This document shows positions 35,801 through 49,260 of a stretch of DNA of 64,000 bases, piece by piece. Numbering within the stretch: position 1 is the first letter of the stretch; every line of letters starts with the position of its first letter. The stretch is taken from NCBI RefSeq assembly GCF_025526975.1, contig NW_026515677.1:1-64000 (forward strand), in the 5' to 3' direction. The notes under the pieces are model-generated. The model was not told where the DNA came from and did no database searches. It saw only the letters and a list, made by a program, of their open reading frames with translations. The stretch comes from Fimicolochytrium jonesii. Its lineage: Eukaryota. The position numbers and the translations under genes were made by a program.

Positions 35801-38800
35801 GCCCTTCACCGAGCAGCAGGCTCTTGCCACCGTACGCCGCCAAGGTAGCGATTGGGCCCACTTCACTGGCGCCCTCAAGCATTTATACCTGCAGGGCGTC
35901 GACCTCGACTGGGACGCGCTGTACGTCGACCGAGTCCAGCGGAAGGTCGTGAACCTGCCCTCCTATGCGTTCGACCGTGTGAGGTGCTGGATCGATTTCA
36001 AGGACGTGCCGTTCCAGCATTCGGCGTGCCTGCTTTTCGAAAAGGCACAAGCCGGGAAGTTGGCTGCCGAACACGCAAGCATCCAGCTTACAAGAACCAC
36101 TATCCAGCATTTGCCCGATTTATTTGATCTGCTTCATCGTGTGGTCCAAATGCCCGCCCATGCCAATGGTCATGTAGCGATCTTTGACCTCCCGACACTC
36201 GCCATTGCCAAGTACATCGATGGACACCGACTCGAAGATTTCGCAGTGTGCCCGGCCTCAGTGTACTGCGAGCTTGCCATGGCGAGCGCTTGTGCTATCG
36301 ACAAAGCAAACTTCGATACCGCGTTTGCCGTCCGAGACCTGGAGCTGATTCATCCCCTCGTCCGACACAAATACAGTGCGATCACCATTAGGATCGAAAT
36401 GGAGCAAAGAAATGCGGCGTACGCTTTCTGCGTCACATCCTATTCGGATGCCAACCCTTCAGTGTTCGTCAAGCATGCGGAAGGCGTAGTTGAGCTCCAA
36501 GCCGTGGGCATTGTGCGGAAGCAAATCGAGCGAGACGTCAAGGAAAATGATATCCGCGGCCAACTCAATCGCATGCAGATATCGGCGGATGCGGACATCA
36601 TACGCCGCTCGGAGATCTATCGCGTGTTCGATCGCGTTCTCGCCTATACCCCGATGTATCAAGGACTGAAGCGCGTCGAATTGTCCGCGAGCGGGCAGAA
36701 AGGTTCTGCGCGCATTTCGGTGGATTTGCCGCTCTCGGCTGGCAGCGAAAAGTACGTCGTGCACCCGGTTTTGCAGGACACCTTCCTGCAGGGTGCGATC
36801 TTCCTCGCCAATGGACATTCCTCGTGCCCCAAAACCGAGGTGCGCTTCCTGAATGGGATCAAGGAAGTCATGTTCCTGCAAGGCGGCATGGACCCGACCG
36901 CGGAGTACTACGCCTTCTTCATGCTCGAGGATAAATCAGCAAGAGAGAAGGTAGCCAAGATTTACATCTTCGACTTGAACGAAAATCTCGTCGCGGTCAT
37001 GTCTGGCATCTCGTTCAGGTGCTTGCAACGGAGTGTCCTTACAACACTCCTGAGCTCATCCCTCGCAATGCACACGTCAGCAGTGAAGGAGATGCCCAAA
37101 GAAATTCCGAGATCCGTCATGGACAGTCTCCGTTTTCCGTCCCCGCCCGCGACGCCTCAGCTCTCGCCTTCTCCCCTACGCAGCCGCACGGTCTCGATCG
37201 CGAATGACTCCCGGTCTTGGTCGGCTACACAGTCTGCTATGGCTTCTGTTAGTGTAACACCAACTAAAGGACAGTCTCCTGTCAGTAGCCGTCAGAGCGT
37301 TAGTTCGTCGGGCATCAGTCAGCGCTCGACCGTCACCATCTCTCTTCTCAAGACGATTATCGCCGAATCACTTGGAGTTGATTCGACGGAGTTGAAAGAC
37401 GACGATAACCTGGTAGACTGGGGACTGGATCCGTTGATGACAATCGAAATTCAGAGTAAGCTGCGGAAATTGGTCTCCTGCGAACTCGGCACCTCCGCCT
37501 TCACCGACTATCCCACCATCAGCGGCCTCTTGGCACATCTGAATGGTCATGCGAAGACCACCGTGTCGTCTGCGACGGCAAGCACCAGAAGCGTCAAAAC
37601 CGCCGCCCCTATGGCATGTCGGACTTCTTATAGCTCCACCGCGCCCACAGTCAAAAGCATCGTGGCCGACGCGTTGGGAATGAGCGTAGCCCACCTTCTC
37701 CAGCAAGACTGCGCCCTAGCCGAACTCGGCATGGACGCCGTCATGCTGATCGAGATCCGCGAAGCCATCTTGAAACGCTTACATGTAGATATCGGCCTCT
37801 CATTCTTCGTCGACAATCCTACCCTGCACGCGCTTTGCAGACACGTAGACGAGCGCCTGGGCTTTTGCGAGGTGGCAGTCGAAGCCACGCGGAACGTTTT
37901 TCAGACGCATGACCGAAACCACGTCCATCGTATTCCGGCCGCGCGCAAACCAAGGATCAATGCGGCCCCGCACCACCACATCACATCGACCATGGTGTCT
38001 CGCTACATCCCCGACATTCACCACGCGATGGACAAAGTCTCGGCCAAGTTCTCGAAGTTCGCTGAAGAGACTGGATTTGCCGGGTACTGTGACACTGTCG
38101 AAGTCCTGCAGGACCAGCTCTTCATCCGCTACGTTACGGACGCGTTCGCCAAGCTCGGGTGCGACCTCCCGCACATGCGACATGGAGCAAGCGTGGGCCA
38201 CCTGCACAATGTCCTTCCGGAGCATTCGCGTTTGATGGGTCGGCTTTGGTGGGCTCTTGCGGAGGTTGGTGTTGTCAAGTTCGATGAGGATCGCAACGAG
38301 TACGTTCGCAGTCATTTGGACTTGTCCGGCATCCCGCAATCGGACGAGCTGCTTGACACATTGTTGGACCGCTATCCGGAGTATTCGCAAGACACGAGAT
38401 TGATGGCCAAGACCGGCAGCGTTTTTGCAGACTGTCTGACGGGCAAGGTCAACTCACGCGAGATTTTCTTCGATGACTTCGAGACATCGCACCTGATGCA
38501 CTCGCTTTACACCGGGTCTCCGATGTTTGCTACCACCATGAAGCAGCTCAACGACCTGCTGCCGGCGCTATTCCGTGTGTTTGACACGGAAGCGGCGCGT
38601 CGACCGGTGCGTATCCTGGAAGTCGGCGGCGGAGTTGGCGGAGCTGCTCAAATGATGATTCCCACTCTGGCGAAACTTGGACGAAAGGTCGAGTATACGT
38701 TCACCGACGTTTCGCGGTCGTGGTTTGCGAAGGCGCAGAAGACGTTGGACATGTATGATTTCGTTGATTGCAAGGTGTTTGACTGTGATCAAGATCCAGA

Positions 38801-41097
38801 GGAACAGGGCATTGCGATCGAAAGCTTCGACATCGTCATCGCGGTGAACGGCGTCCACGCCGCTCAAAACCTCAACAGAGCAGTAGGGAACATCTCCAAA
38901 CTCCTCACCTGCAACGGGGTTCTCATCCTCTCGGAACTCATCCAAGCGCCGTTCTGGCTGGACCTCGTGTTCGGTTTACAGCGAAAGTGGTGGAACTTTG
39001 ACACCGATGAGCGCAACTACCCCCTGATCTCGACAGACGCATGGCGCGGCGTTTTTGCTTCGTCTGGATTGACCCAGTTTGCGTACACCCGTGGCGTTTC
39101 GGCGGAAAGCAATATTCAGAAATTGCTCTGCGGTCGCAAGACTGCTATTCCTGGGAAAGTGCACACCATCATACACTCCATTGACCCGACCATCAAGGAC
39201 GTGATTGACACCTCCGACGAAGAACTGATGCACGTTCTGCGCCGCGAGATCTCCCTCGTCTTTGGTAGCCTGAGCCTACCGCTCAGTGGTAAACACACGA
39301 TCGCGGAGTTTAGCAGTATCATCGAACAGCACCTTCTCGACGAGGCCGCTCTGGTCCGAAGCGACCATTTCATCACCACCCATCACTGGCATCCCGCAAC
39401 TGACCGCTCTCACGACGTTCCCGCCCGCACCGCTCGCTTTCCACTCCTCAACCTCTGCCAGACATATCTTGACGGCATCCACCTCCCCAAAGGGGCGATT
39501 CGATCCCACACGTACCACGAGAAAATGATCCCGCACCACATCGACGTTTCCAAACTAGAGGACGCCATGAACGCACTGATCGAGCGACACCCGATGCTCA
39601 AGGCCAAGATTTCCGCGGACGGGCAGTACTTTGTTGACCAGTCTGCCGGACCGTATCGCATTCGGAAGCAACATATGCATGGGAAATCGGAATTTGAGGT
39701 TAAGAGGGTGTTGGAGGAGATCCGGGAGGACCGGAAGAGTGCTGGGGGTGGAGAGGATGGGTGGTTGTTCTTCTTGGCTGTGGTTGAGGTGGCGCATAAC
39801 GAGACTATTCTGGTCTTTGATGCTGGTAAATGAGATTTCCAGCACATTGTCATGCTTCGAAAGGACGCTGACAGCTAATATCGTCGCCCATTTTCCTTGT
39901 AGACTCACTATTGATGGATTCACAATCCATGCTCCTACTCTCGCGTCAGCTCGCCATCGGCTACTACGAAGGCCCGTACGCCATCCCTAGCGGACCAGAC
40001 TTCTCCTACGCCGAGTACACCCGCATCATCGCAGCCCGACAGGCAGACTCGGACATCGCCCGAAAGGAAAGAGCATACTGGTTCTCGCGACTCGACACGC
40101 TTCCCGGCCCCTTGAGACTTCCTCACAAGAACGGTGCGACCATGACTGTCCAACATCCCGGATTCCGCAACCAACTCCACCGGATCGACAGCGCTCGATG
40201 GGCAGCAGTTCGCCACCAGATCACCTCACGGGGTCTAGAGCCGTCAACCGTGCTCATGGTGGTATTCGCCGAGATGTTGAGCATGCAGTCCGGCCAAAAC
40301 CATTTCTGCTTCAATGTGAAATTTCAGGACCGCGTTCGTGGCATTCACGATGAGGTTGATGATATCGTTGGCAATTTCGACGCTGCGATGCTTGCGGAGA
40401 TGGACTTTAGGGATGGTGGGGAGATGTTGGTGCAGAGGGCTAGGAGGGTTCAGAAGATGGTGTTGGAGGATCTTGCGCATTCGAGCCTCGTCACTGCGAC
40501 ACAGGGTAGGTGGATGATTCTCGACCGTCGCTGCTGCAAAACTCTAGCTGATCTCAATCGACTTTCCAACACTTCAGTTACGGCCGAACTGAACAAACGA
40601 CGTGATACCCCCCACAAGACTTACTCTCCCGTGACATTCGAGAGCAAGTTCCCCTTGGTGCGCAAGCTGAAGAAAATGGACTCTCAAGACCGCATGTTCC
40701 TGTTTGAGCCTCTCGTCGAGGAGAACGTTACATACCACAATCACGCTACCGCCGGCATGGAGCTGGACCATCAGGTAAGGACGCCCGTCATAATACCAGG
40801 CATATGCCGCGATTGTCACTGACTCGTAGTCTACTTTTACGCCACCAGGTTGCAGAAGACGACGCCGGCAGGCTCGTAATGAACTTTGACTTCATCCGGA
40901 ACGTCTTCCCGCAGGATTCCATCACGGACATGACGGCTTGGTACATCGAAACGATTCGCAGTCTCGGCGACAGCGAGGCCTGGAGCAAGCCTTCGATGGC
41001 GCGGATGAAGTCTAACGTGCCAGCATCGATGTCATGCGAGACGCAAGGGAGAACGACATGCTCGACACGGGCTGGATGCTGGTGCCAAAAGCAATGA
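32804..41097 (+). CDS. PKS-like megasynthase KS-AT-DH/PT-ACP-ACP-cMT-(ACP relic)-heterocyclization (Cy) domain with catalytic residues substituted; 10 introns
   Basis: [65 protein letters not shown] and [32 protein letters not shown] and DHQVAE. The predicted GT-AG introns splice into one open frame. Confidence 0.9.
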
Positions 41098-41722
41098 AGC
41101 GACAAAACGTTTAGCTGCAGGTGCATTGGCGTAAAAGATTGGCATCTTCAGCGGTTACACCTCAAGGACTTTTGCATAGAGTCCTACGATATGCGCGGCG
41201 TACTTGTAGACTTCTCCATTCATGTATTTTCTTACAAACACACATTTGAAGGTTAGGCGTCATTATGCAACGATCTCTCATTACATGGGCCTCTTTCGCC
41301 GACGGCGGAGATGGATCTTAACCAAAACGGAAAGGCCACCTCCATCACTGGCGAGTATGTTCACATTCGCGCTTTTCGATGATATCTTTGCCCATAGCAA
41401 TGCAGAGGGTGCAAAGCAGGTTCAACGGCGCCTCACGGGAATTTTCCCAAGAGTCTCCGGTTCCTCAAAGAACCGCCCTGGTATTCGTATAGAGCCGATC
41501 TTCCGTCTCGTAAGTGGTCACGCCACGCCATACTCGCCGTGGTACTGTAGTAGACCTCAAACACGATAAATGGCCCTACATGTACATATACATATACAGT
41601 GGTGGTGGCCGCGGCGTTGTCTCCTCCGTCTCTGTGCTTGGCGTTGTTGCGGTGGTGGTATGACGATACTCTGAGGAGGTGGAAAAGTTCAACGAACAAA
41701 AAACGGAGAGACAAAACAGGAG

Positions 41723-41794
41723 CTCCCCCACCGGGAGTCGAACCCGGGCCACGTCGGTGAAAGCGACGGATCCTAGCCGTTGGACCATGGAGGA
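41723..41794 (-). tRNA. tRNA-Glu (anticodon TTC)
   Basis: TCCTCCATGGTCCAACGGCTAGGATCCGTCGCTTTCACCGACGTGGCCCGGGTTCGACTCCCGGTGGGGGAG folds as a cloverleaf; a T-run terminator follows. Confidence 0.95.
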
Positions 41795-43117
41795 CTTGAT
41801 GAATTGCCTCTAAAATGCGCGTGTCTGAATGCGACAGTGCTGTGCGGAGAAACCGCGCGGAGAGTTCGAGGGATCTCCACACTTCTGGAAAGGAGAAACC
41901 AGGGAGAACATCCCCAGGCACGATAAGTAGAACATGTACCCGCCCCTGACCCGCCCCCGCGAGTCGATTTGAACTACCACCGAGTGAGGCAACGGCTGAG
42001 CGATATCTGCCATCCCCCCGGCCCCAACGCCCCGCGCACCACACGCCAGGAGAGGCTGGCGGAGCTGGCAGAGGAAGATTTCTACTGGCAAGATCCGCGC
42101 CTTCATTAGCTACAAAAACACGTTCGACGAAACCGGTCTCGAGCAGGTTAAAGGATGGCTCGTTGTCGAGGCGCACATGGCTCGGCTGGGAGAAGCGAGG
42201 GAGGAGGACGCAGACGACGACGACTTTAGAGACGACGACGACGCGCAGAACGTTAAACGCCTGAAGTCCTATGATGTGCGTAAAGTGGTCAATATCGAGA
42301 GAGCAGTTGAAAACGGTTAGTGACCCCTTTCATAGTGGTCGTCGGACGAAGGACCTTGGACGACATACTGGGAAACGTTGATGATTAACGAACGCAGGGT
42401 GAGCCCAAAGGATCGCCGAAGGTTATTTTCGTCCATATTGCACCAAACACTTCCCTGACGGTTAGAACAGCCGAAACTTCGAGAGTGCAGACCTGCACCA
42501 AAATCGGCGTGCCGAAATGCTGCGACGTCCCCGCCCAGAAAGTGGAGTTTCCAAACGCTGTCCGCGAATTGGAGGCAAACAAAGTGCAAGGCCGCCTCTG
42601 AATCATCACCCGGAGCAATATCACCGAGGGCCTTAAGTCTGTTATGGACGACAAGCCTCGTGATTGGCTGAACTGGGTCGAGCGCTCCATCGTCGACAGT
42701 TACGAGCTTACAGTAGAGGAGTTGGACGTCGGGGAGCACACGTCGGCGTTGAGTGCGTTTGTGGAGAAGATCAAGTTGAGGACAGAGAAGCGTCGTTCAG
42801 CGCTCGAGAAAACGACCCTGCTCATCGAGCTCCAGAACGCTAAATTACCCGACCTCCACTGAGAACATATCTGGCGGCAGAGCGAAGACCTCGCCAAGAC
42901 CTCGCCAACTCCTCGCACCTACGGTGACACTAGCCGACGTCTCGCTGGCTGCATGAGCATGACCGACTGCCTGAATCAGTGTTGAAGCTGGAAAACCTTC
43001 TCTTCCTCGACGACGACACGTCGCAGATACCATCTCCTTCGGTCAAGGCCTCAATGTGACCCCTCTGACCTTAAAAACTGTGCTAAAACAAAGGATGAGG
43101 ATCCTGCCGCGTCTCAA

Positions 43118-43152
43118 ACCCACACCCACACCCACACCCACACCCACACCCG
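43118..43152. repeat. (CCCACA)n microsatellite
   Basis: About 5-6 tandem units. Confidence 0.85.
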
Positions 43153-43649
43153 AAGAACCTGCTCATGACCAGCGTGATCAAGACGTATGTTGAAGCCGGG
43201 CGTTCTCATGGAGAGAAGAGTGAATGTGCTTGCTAATCATATCGCCGGTGAAAAAAAGGCTCACAACATCGAATACTCGAACACACAGTACGGTGCACTG
43301 AGGACATACGAGCAAACCTGGTTCCTGTACGGGGATTCTGAAGACTCTTGGACGCTGCCCATCTTATCAACAATCGAGGCCGGAACCATGGGCGCAAATG
43401 CATGGGCTTCCATTCGGAAGGAAGCTGCATTTGTCTCATGGTTCTGTCCTCGATTGTAACGCCGCTAGCGCCGTTCCTATCCCAGAAGATCACCAGACGA
43501 TGACTGTGACATCGGAATATACAAGAATGGTGTAACCCTCCGACGCCGCTTCCGCCGTGGCGTTTGGCAAGGGTTACTTTCTCAGCTACATTAAGTCTGT
43601 CAAGCCCACACTCTCTGACGTCATTGTCGCTCGCATCGCAACTCTTCGT

Positions 43650-44419
43650 TTCTTCGCTGCGCGTGAAGGCTTGGTCAGTCGCTTATTCAGTCAAATACAA
43701 GGAAGCCCGCAGGTTGCCTGAAAATTCCAACATCGATCTTGCCTGCCCATTTTCGCCAAAACGACTACACCACGCTTCAGAAAGAGTTCACCAACATCGC
43801 AGGGGCAGTGGCCTATATGTTCAGAGTTCGCGGGCACCATTGGTTGGAGGATATGCAGGCTCGGTATGAGAATGTCTGGAAGAAATGTTTGAAAGATACT
43901 GTCGACCCCGGCATCCCTCGGAGATACGTTGCTCATGAAGCCTTGCATGCCATTTACCCAATGGTTCTTGATGACTTTTGGAAGCAAGCTTGCGAGAATG
44001 GGAATATTGCCGGAGCCTTGTCCAAGCGTTGGAATAGTGCCCCTGCCGGAGTCGCGGCGTTCAAGGCAGTCTACCAGGGGGCAACAGACCTCGCAATGGC
44101 TATTCCCAACATCAAGATTCCCTTCAATGGCCATTACGAAGAGCTTGAGAAGATCATCACTCATCTCCGGGACAATCGTTGGGATGGTTCCATTAACGCC
44201 CGATACTACAAGGCCGGGAAAATTCCCTATGACGAGGGCAAGTTTGGGGTTCTTGCAGCTGCTACACTCGCTGCTCTTCAAGCATTCGCTCCTGCTAGCC
44301 CTTTGGCTCAAAGCCCCGCTTTAAAGCGTGTTGCTGATAATGCGCCCATCGCCGGTGGTGTTCTTGCTCGTGCGATCTCGACTGTAGCTACTTCTGAGGC
44401 TTGGAGAAGAAGGGTATGA
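43650..44419 (+). other. Probable endogenous viral element: nucleocapsid-like protein of a Qinviridae-like negative-strand RNA virus; 5'-truncated and frameshifted
   Basis: Intronless. VAYMFRVRGHHW...LHAIYP..LDDFW...KRWNSAPAG...SPALKRVADNAPIAG was recognised from memory only. The upstream frame (LRVKAWSVAY..) joins through a 1-nt shift near 43740. Confidence 0.5.
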
Positions 44420-45159
44420 GAGGGTAGTAGCAATGGTCGTGCGACCGTCAGCGAACTCAATGCGACGCCCTTACTGATGATGGAGATGTACGTCTTTGAT
44501 GGAGTGATGCAACGCCTGGAGGATCATATTCGCGACCATATTCGCGACACGAGAGAGGCGGACGCCCTGGCTTCGCTCAAGAAGGAAGGGTTAGGGGGAA
44601 GGGGGGGGAAGGGGGGAAGGGGGTGGTTGTTCTGACCCTGGCAGCTCGTCGCGCTGGTGCTCCGTTGCTTCGCGAGATAATGGAGCAGTGTAATCGGTTG
44701 GAGCAGACAATCATTGTGTTCGAAGGCTGAATCGGCATGGCTGGAGTGGTGATGGGTTGGCGGCGGCTCGGTAAGCTATCATGTATTGCGCTATTGCGAG
44801 GTCGCGTAGGGATGTAAACGGTTTTGGACCAATGGCCTTTTGCTAATCTTTCTTTCCGCTATACCTCTCCTCCCAGGGCTTCGCTGGTCAGAGACAACCG
44901 TTGGGCAAGGAAGAACTGTCGTGCTTTTCGTTTGAGGTCTTTTGAGACGGGTGAGCGTCGCCCTATAATGTATACGCCATCATTCTGAGACCTTTGTGGT
45001 TGGGGTCTTGGATGAAAATGGTCACTCGCTAGACGTGCTGCGACTGAGGGCGCACACAACCTGTCTCAACCTATCTCAACCTATGCTTTCGTGTTTGGTT
45101 TCTTGTTCACTTTCCACGGGCTCACTGCGTTCTTCCTTTCTTCCTACTCACACAGGGAA

Positions 45160-45246
45160 TGAGAAGAAGGAAAAGAAAGAGAAGAAAGAGAAGAAGGAGA
45201 AGAAGGAGAAGAAGGTGAAGAAGGTGAAGACGGAGGAGGAGGAGGT
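45160..45246. repeat. (GAGAAGAAR)n purine-rich low-complexity repeat
   Basis: Tandem 9-mers read directly. Confidence 0.8.
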
Positions 45247-48200
45247 GATCTCGGTGCATTCGCACTCGGTACGCATCATCGTTGGCACCTTTGCGCAAGT
45301 ACCAGACCCTGACTATCATACCTCACCCTTAGTCAAAGGAGGAAGAAGAGGAAGAAGACGACGAACCCGCCGACGACACCGCTCACTCCCCCTCGCCATC
45401 CTCCTCGCCCGGCCCGTCCCCCCCCCCCCCCCCCCCCCCCCCCACCCCAGGCAGCCGCCACCGCCACCAGCACTGTGTAGAGACCCATTGGTAGGGTGCC
45501 TCTTTTGAGGAATTTTGTGGGTTCAAACCCCACCGCACATGCACAGGTTGCGTGTCCCCCGCCCCCCCACGCCCCCCTCCTTACGTAAGACGGCCCCATA
45601 CCTCACCCTTAGGAGAAGGAGGAAGAAGAGGACGAAGCCCTCGCCTTCCTCCTCAAACTCCTCCTCTTCGCCGCCCAAGACATCCCCCACCACCACCAAC
45701 GCTGCGTGAGTCCCGCTGGTTGGGAGACCTCTTCGGAGGAATATTGTGGGATGGAACCCCACCACGCAGTCAAGACGCGGCGCATCTCAAGAACAAGCAA
45801 GTCATATCAAAAAAAAAAACCTGAAAGCAGTGCGAGTCCCGATGGTTGAGAGACCGCTGGTTGGGAGATCAACACCCACCACACAGATGGTCATGGTCCT
45901 CTGCAACAACAACATTGTCGTCTGAGACGACGGCGACGAAAGCACCAACTCTGAATGGGTCCCTTCCGCCTCCGACGGACCTCCCCACCACTCACCACCC
46001 CAAGAAGGCGCTGCCTGCGCCGGTCCCTGTGTGAGAGTGAACGGTTCAGTGCCCCCTACCGGACTCTTGTACCGGCCACTATCTCCTTCCTCGCTTCCCC
46101 CAAAGCCGATCAGAGAGAGCTGCTCTTCTTGATGGATATTGTCAACGAAAATATCGCCGTCAGTGACGCCGATTGGTCTCGGCTCTGAACTTCAGGGAAT
46201 GCACAGAGGAGCACCTTCCCCCCCGACGACGACGGTAAAGACGACGCTATCGAACAGTCCTACATCCGAAGTTGGCCGGTTCCTAGAGGATCTCTGGAAA
46301 ATCCTTTCCGAACGGAGCGCAGAACACTGCGAGCCTCCTCACGCCTGGACATGGTTAGATCTGCTCCTTATGGCGCCGGCGCCCGCAACTGGGATGGAGC
46401 CAGTTCGAGTGCGTCTGCTTCTGCTTCTGCTCCTGCTCCTGCTCTGGCTCTGGCCCTGGCCTGCAAGTCTTGAAGGACGAATACCAGCGGGACCTGGCGT
46501 GCGTGAAACACCGCGACGAATCCATCAGCAGTAGCTTCGGACGCCGTGGCTTCACCTTTCCCTTTCCCTTCGGCGGCGTTGGGGGTTACGGTGGTCGCGA
46601 ATGAATCGGAGGCAAATCGTGGCCAATCCTGCCCTGGATTTGACTGTTTTGGATGACCCACGGGATGGAAGTAACCTATTGTGCACGTCTGATCCCTCTA
46701 GTCCAAAATAGCATTCTTCATCGTCGTAGTCGTCTTCCATTGCACCACGCCAGGCAAAACGTGGATTAATTGGCGGACAACGAGCTGAGGAGCGCTAAAC
46801 ACCTCAACCCCAGGGCTGACCGGGCCCCCGCTGGTGTGGCGCTCAGGAGGCGAGAAGAGGGTGGTGGCTATGGCGGTGGTCGGGGCGCCGGCAACTAAGT
46901 CTACGTCACAAGGATTTGCAAGTGGTGGTGCTCTGATAGTTAAGCTCAGATCTTCAGTCTTTTTAGTGGGGGCGTTTGCGGCGACAAGACGGCTGCGATG
47001 CTTTTGAGGAGGCGGCAGTGCCAACAACGACAACGGATGCCACAATAAAGACGGCAACGGAGGCGAAGGCGACGGTGGGGACTACGGAGGCTACCAGGAC
47101 GATGGAGGCTACCAGGACTATCCGACCCACCTGAAGGGATTTTTCTTGAAACCTGTCACCTGGAAGGCCGTCCTCACTTCCTACCCCCTACACACCCCGA
47201 AAAGTTCTGGGCTGATCCCCATACCATCCTGCGGCGGCGATGGAGCTGTTGAACTGGGCCGGCCAGAACACTTGAATGAAGTGCAAGACACGAGGAAACC
47301 AACACTGAGAGAACAATGAGTGCCTTCCATGTTGCCACAGTCGTGGCCGTTTCTGCCCCGCCCACCATCATGTCAACGAGAACAAGACGAAGCGACCCCG
47401 CAGATAACATTCCACACCATCCCCGGTTGGGACGCGCTCTTGAACCAATCAAAGCCCAGAGATGCCTATGGCGGTCTGGGGATGGTCTGGGCCCGACAGA
47501 GACGATGCAAGCGTCCTTCCAAGGTATGATGCGAACATCAAACTGGCTGACAACTGATACTGATAAATTACATGAACTGTTCAGGTTATGGACACTCGTT
47601 ATCGAGATGCGGGAGGTCCCAGGACCCAGGGCAAGCGGAACAGAGGGGAACGTCCAGGAGCCGATCGACCGGCCCAAGAGGACTTGCATCCTCCTCCAGG
47701 ATGGCCGGCGCGGGCCATATGAACAGTTTATAAGCGTCACCACAGAAACTCATTAACGCCTCGCCCAAATGACCCAGCGTATTGCGAGGGTAACCGTTCT
47801 GCGGGACATCTAAGGCTCGGAATTCGGTTAGCCTGCTTCGATTGTCCCTCCTTCCCCTTCCCCACCTGTCGCTCTCCCGTCGAGCAGCAACCCCATGGCA
47901 CGTACGACGTTCCGAGTGCGTACAGACGGCAAACCATTCAAGTCGGTTGACGCCAGGCTCTTGGCTGCGCACGGCCTCTCCGTCGAAATGGAAACGGTGG
48001 CCGAATACACCATAGTAAAGGTCGAAGGCCCAACAAGCGATGTAAGAAGCGCTGTCGAAGAACTTCGCAGGTAGGTTTTCGCAACAGCTGCAGCTGTAAT
48101 CAAAGCGATGAGCTAGCATACAATGGTAAAGCGTTCTCGTTATAGCTCCTTTTCCGATCTCCATTTCACCTTTGGGGTGATCGAGGAAGCTGCCGGCGAC

Positions 48201-48517
48201 GAGACCATGTTCCGGGCGGCGGTCATAAAGAAGACCGCCAAGCACGGAAGCATCATCCGGCGCGGATCAAGCGGTAAGCTATTCCCTGAAGCAAATTGTG
48301 CAGTAACCCGTAGAACTCACACGGTGTGGCCTTTCTGTAATAGGTGACATGGACAAAGCATATCTGGTGCAGCCTCCGCCGTCCTATGCGGCATCTGTCG
48401 GTCTCCTAGAGCGGATGGCGTCCTGGCCCAGCCACATCAGGAAGAGTGTGCCGGGCGGCCCACAGCGACGGGATCGCAAACTGAAGGAAACCCTCGAGCC
48501 GTGACCCATTACCACTC

Positions 48518-49260
48518 ATGAGTGCCCGAGGAAAAGGTCCTCACGAAGGCTGTGGTAAGATGTTCACATTAGTAGGCAACCATAAATGTCACCTCGAGTC
48601 GGCACATGAGGGCGTGAGATATCCATGCACCCAAAAAGGCTGCGGTAAATCGCTCTCACAAAACGGCAGCCTCCGAACGCACATCAAGTCGGCACATGAT
48701 GGCGTGAGATATCCATGGACCTGGGAGGGTTGTGCGAAAAGTTTCGCCCGAGCGGACAATTAGATTCGGAACTGAATGCTGTAGAGACTGCGCCACGATC
48801 TGATGAGGAAGAGAAGGCGGTGTGATCCCTACATCCCTAACAGCGGTGAGGGATCTCACCAATTCCATGCAAACGGGATATATAGCGGCCGATATCCCCG
48901 CGGCACGGGAGTGATCGCGATCCGTTGTGGCAAGGAGTATCCGACCACCGACAACAAATTTCGGAAATCGCTTCTGGACTCCTTCAAAGCAAGCAAGCGG
49001 CAAATTCCTGCCGACGGCATCAAGACTCAGGCGACAGCGAGCTTGTGGGGCCGACATTTCCATGCAGCTGGGAGGGTCGGGAGAACACGTATGCACAACT
49101 CAGCGCTCTCCGAGTGCAGGTCGGCACATTATAGCGTAGGATTTTCATGCACCCGAGAGGATTGTGAGGAACTGTTGGCCCGAGCGGATTACATCGAATT
49201 GCGCATCAAGGCGGTGCATCTGGGCAGAGGCTTCCATGCACCTGGGAAACTCCACGCAGA
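48518..49260 (+). pseudogene. Decayed C2H2 zinc-finger array
   Basis: GCGKMF..H.ESAHEGVRYPCTQKGCGKSLSQNGSLRTHIKSAH, then lost Cys residues and a stop at 48763; further finger relics at ~49140-49220. Confidence 0.7.

Noticed and set aside
42100..43460. Fragments such as QYGALRTYEQTWFL resembling fungal kinase-associated or Crinkler-like domains
   Set aside because: Too fragmented to define a gene or family.
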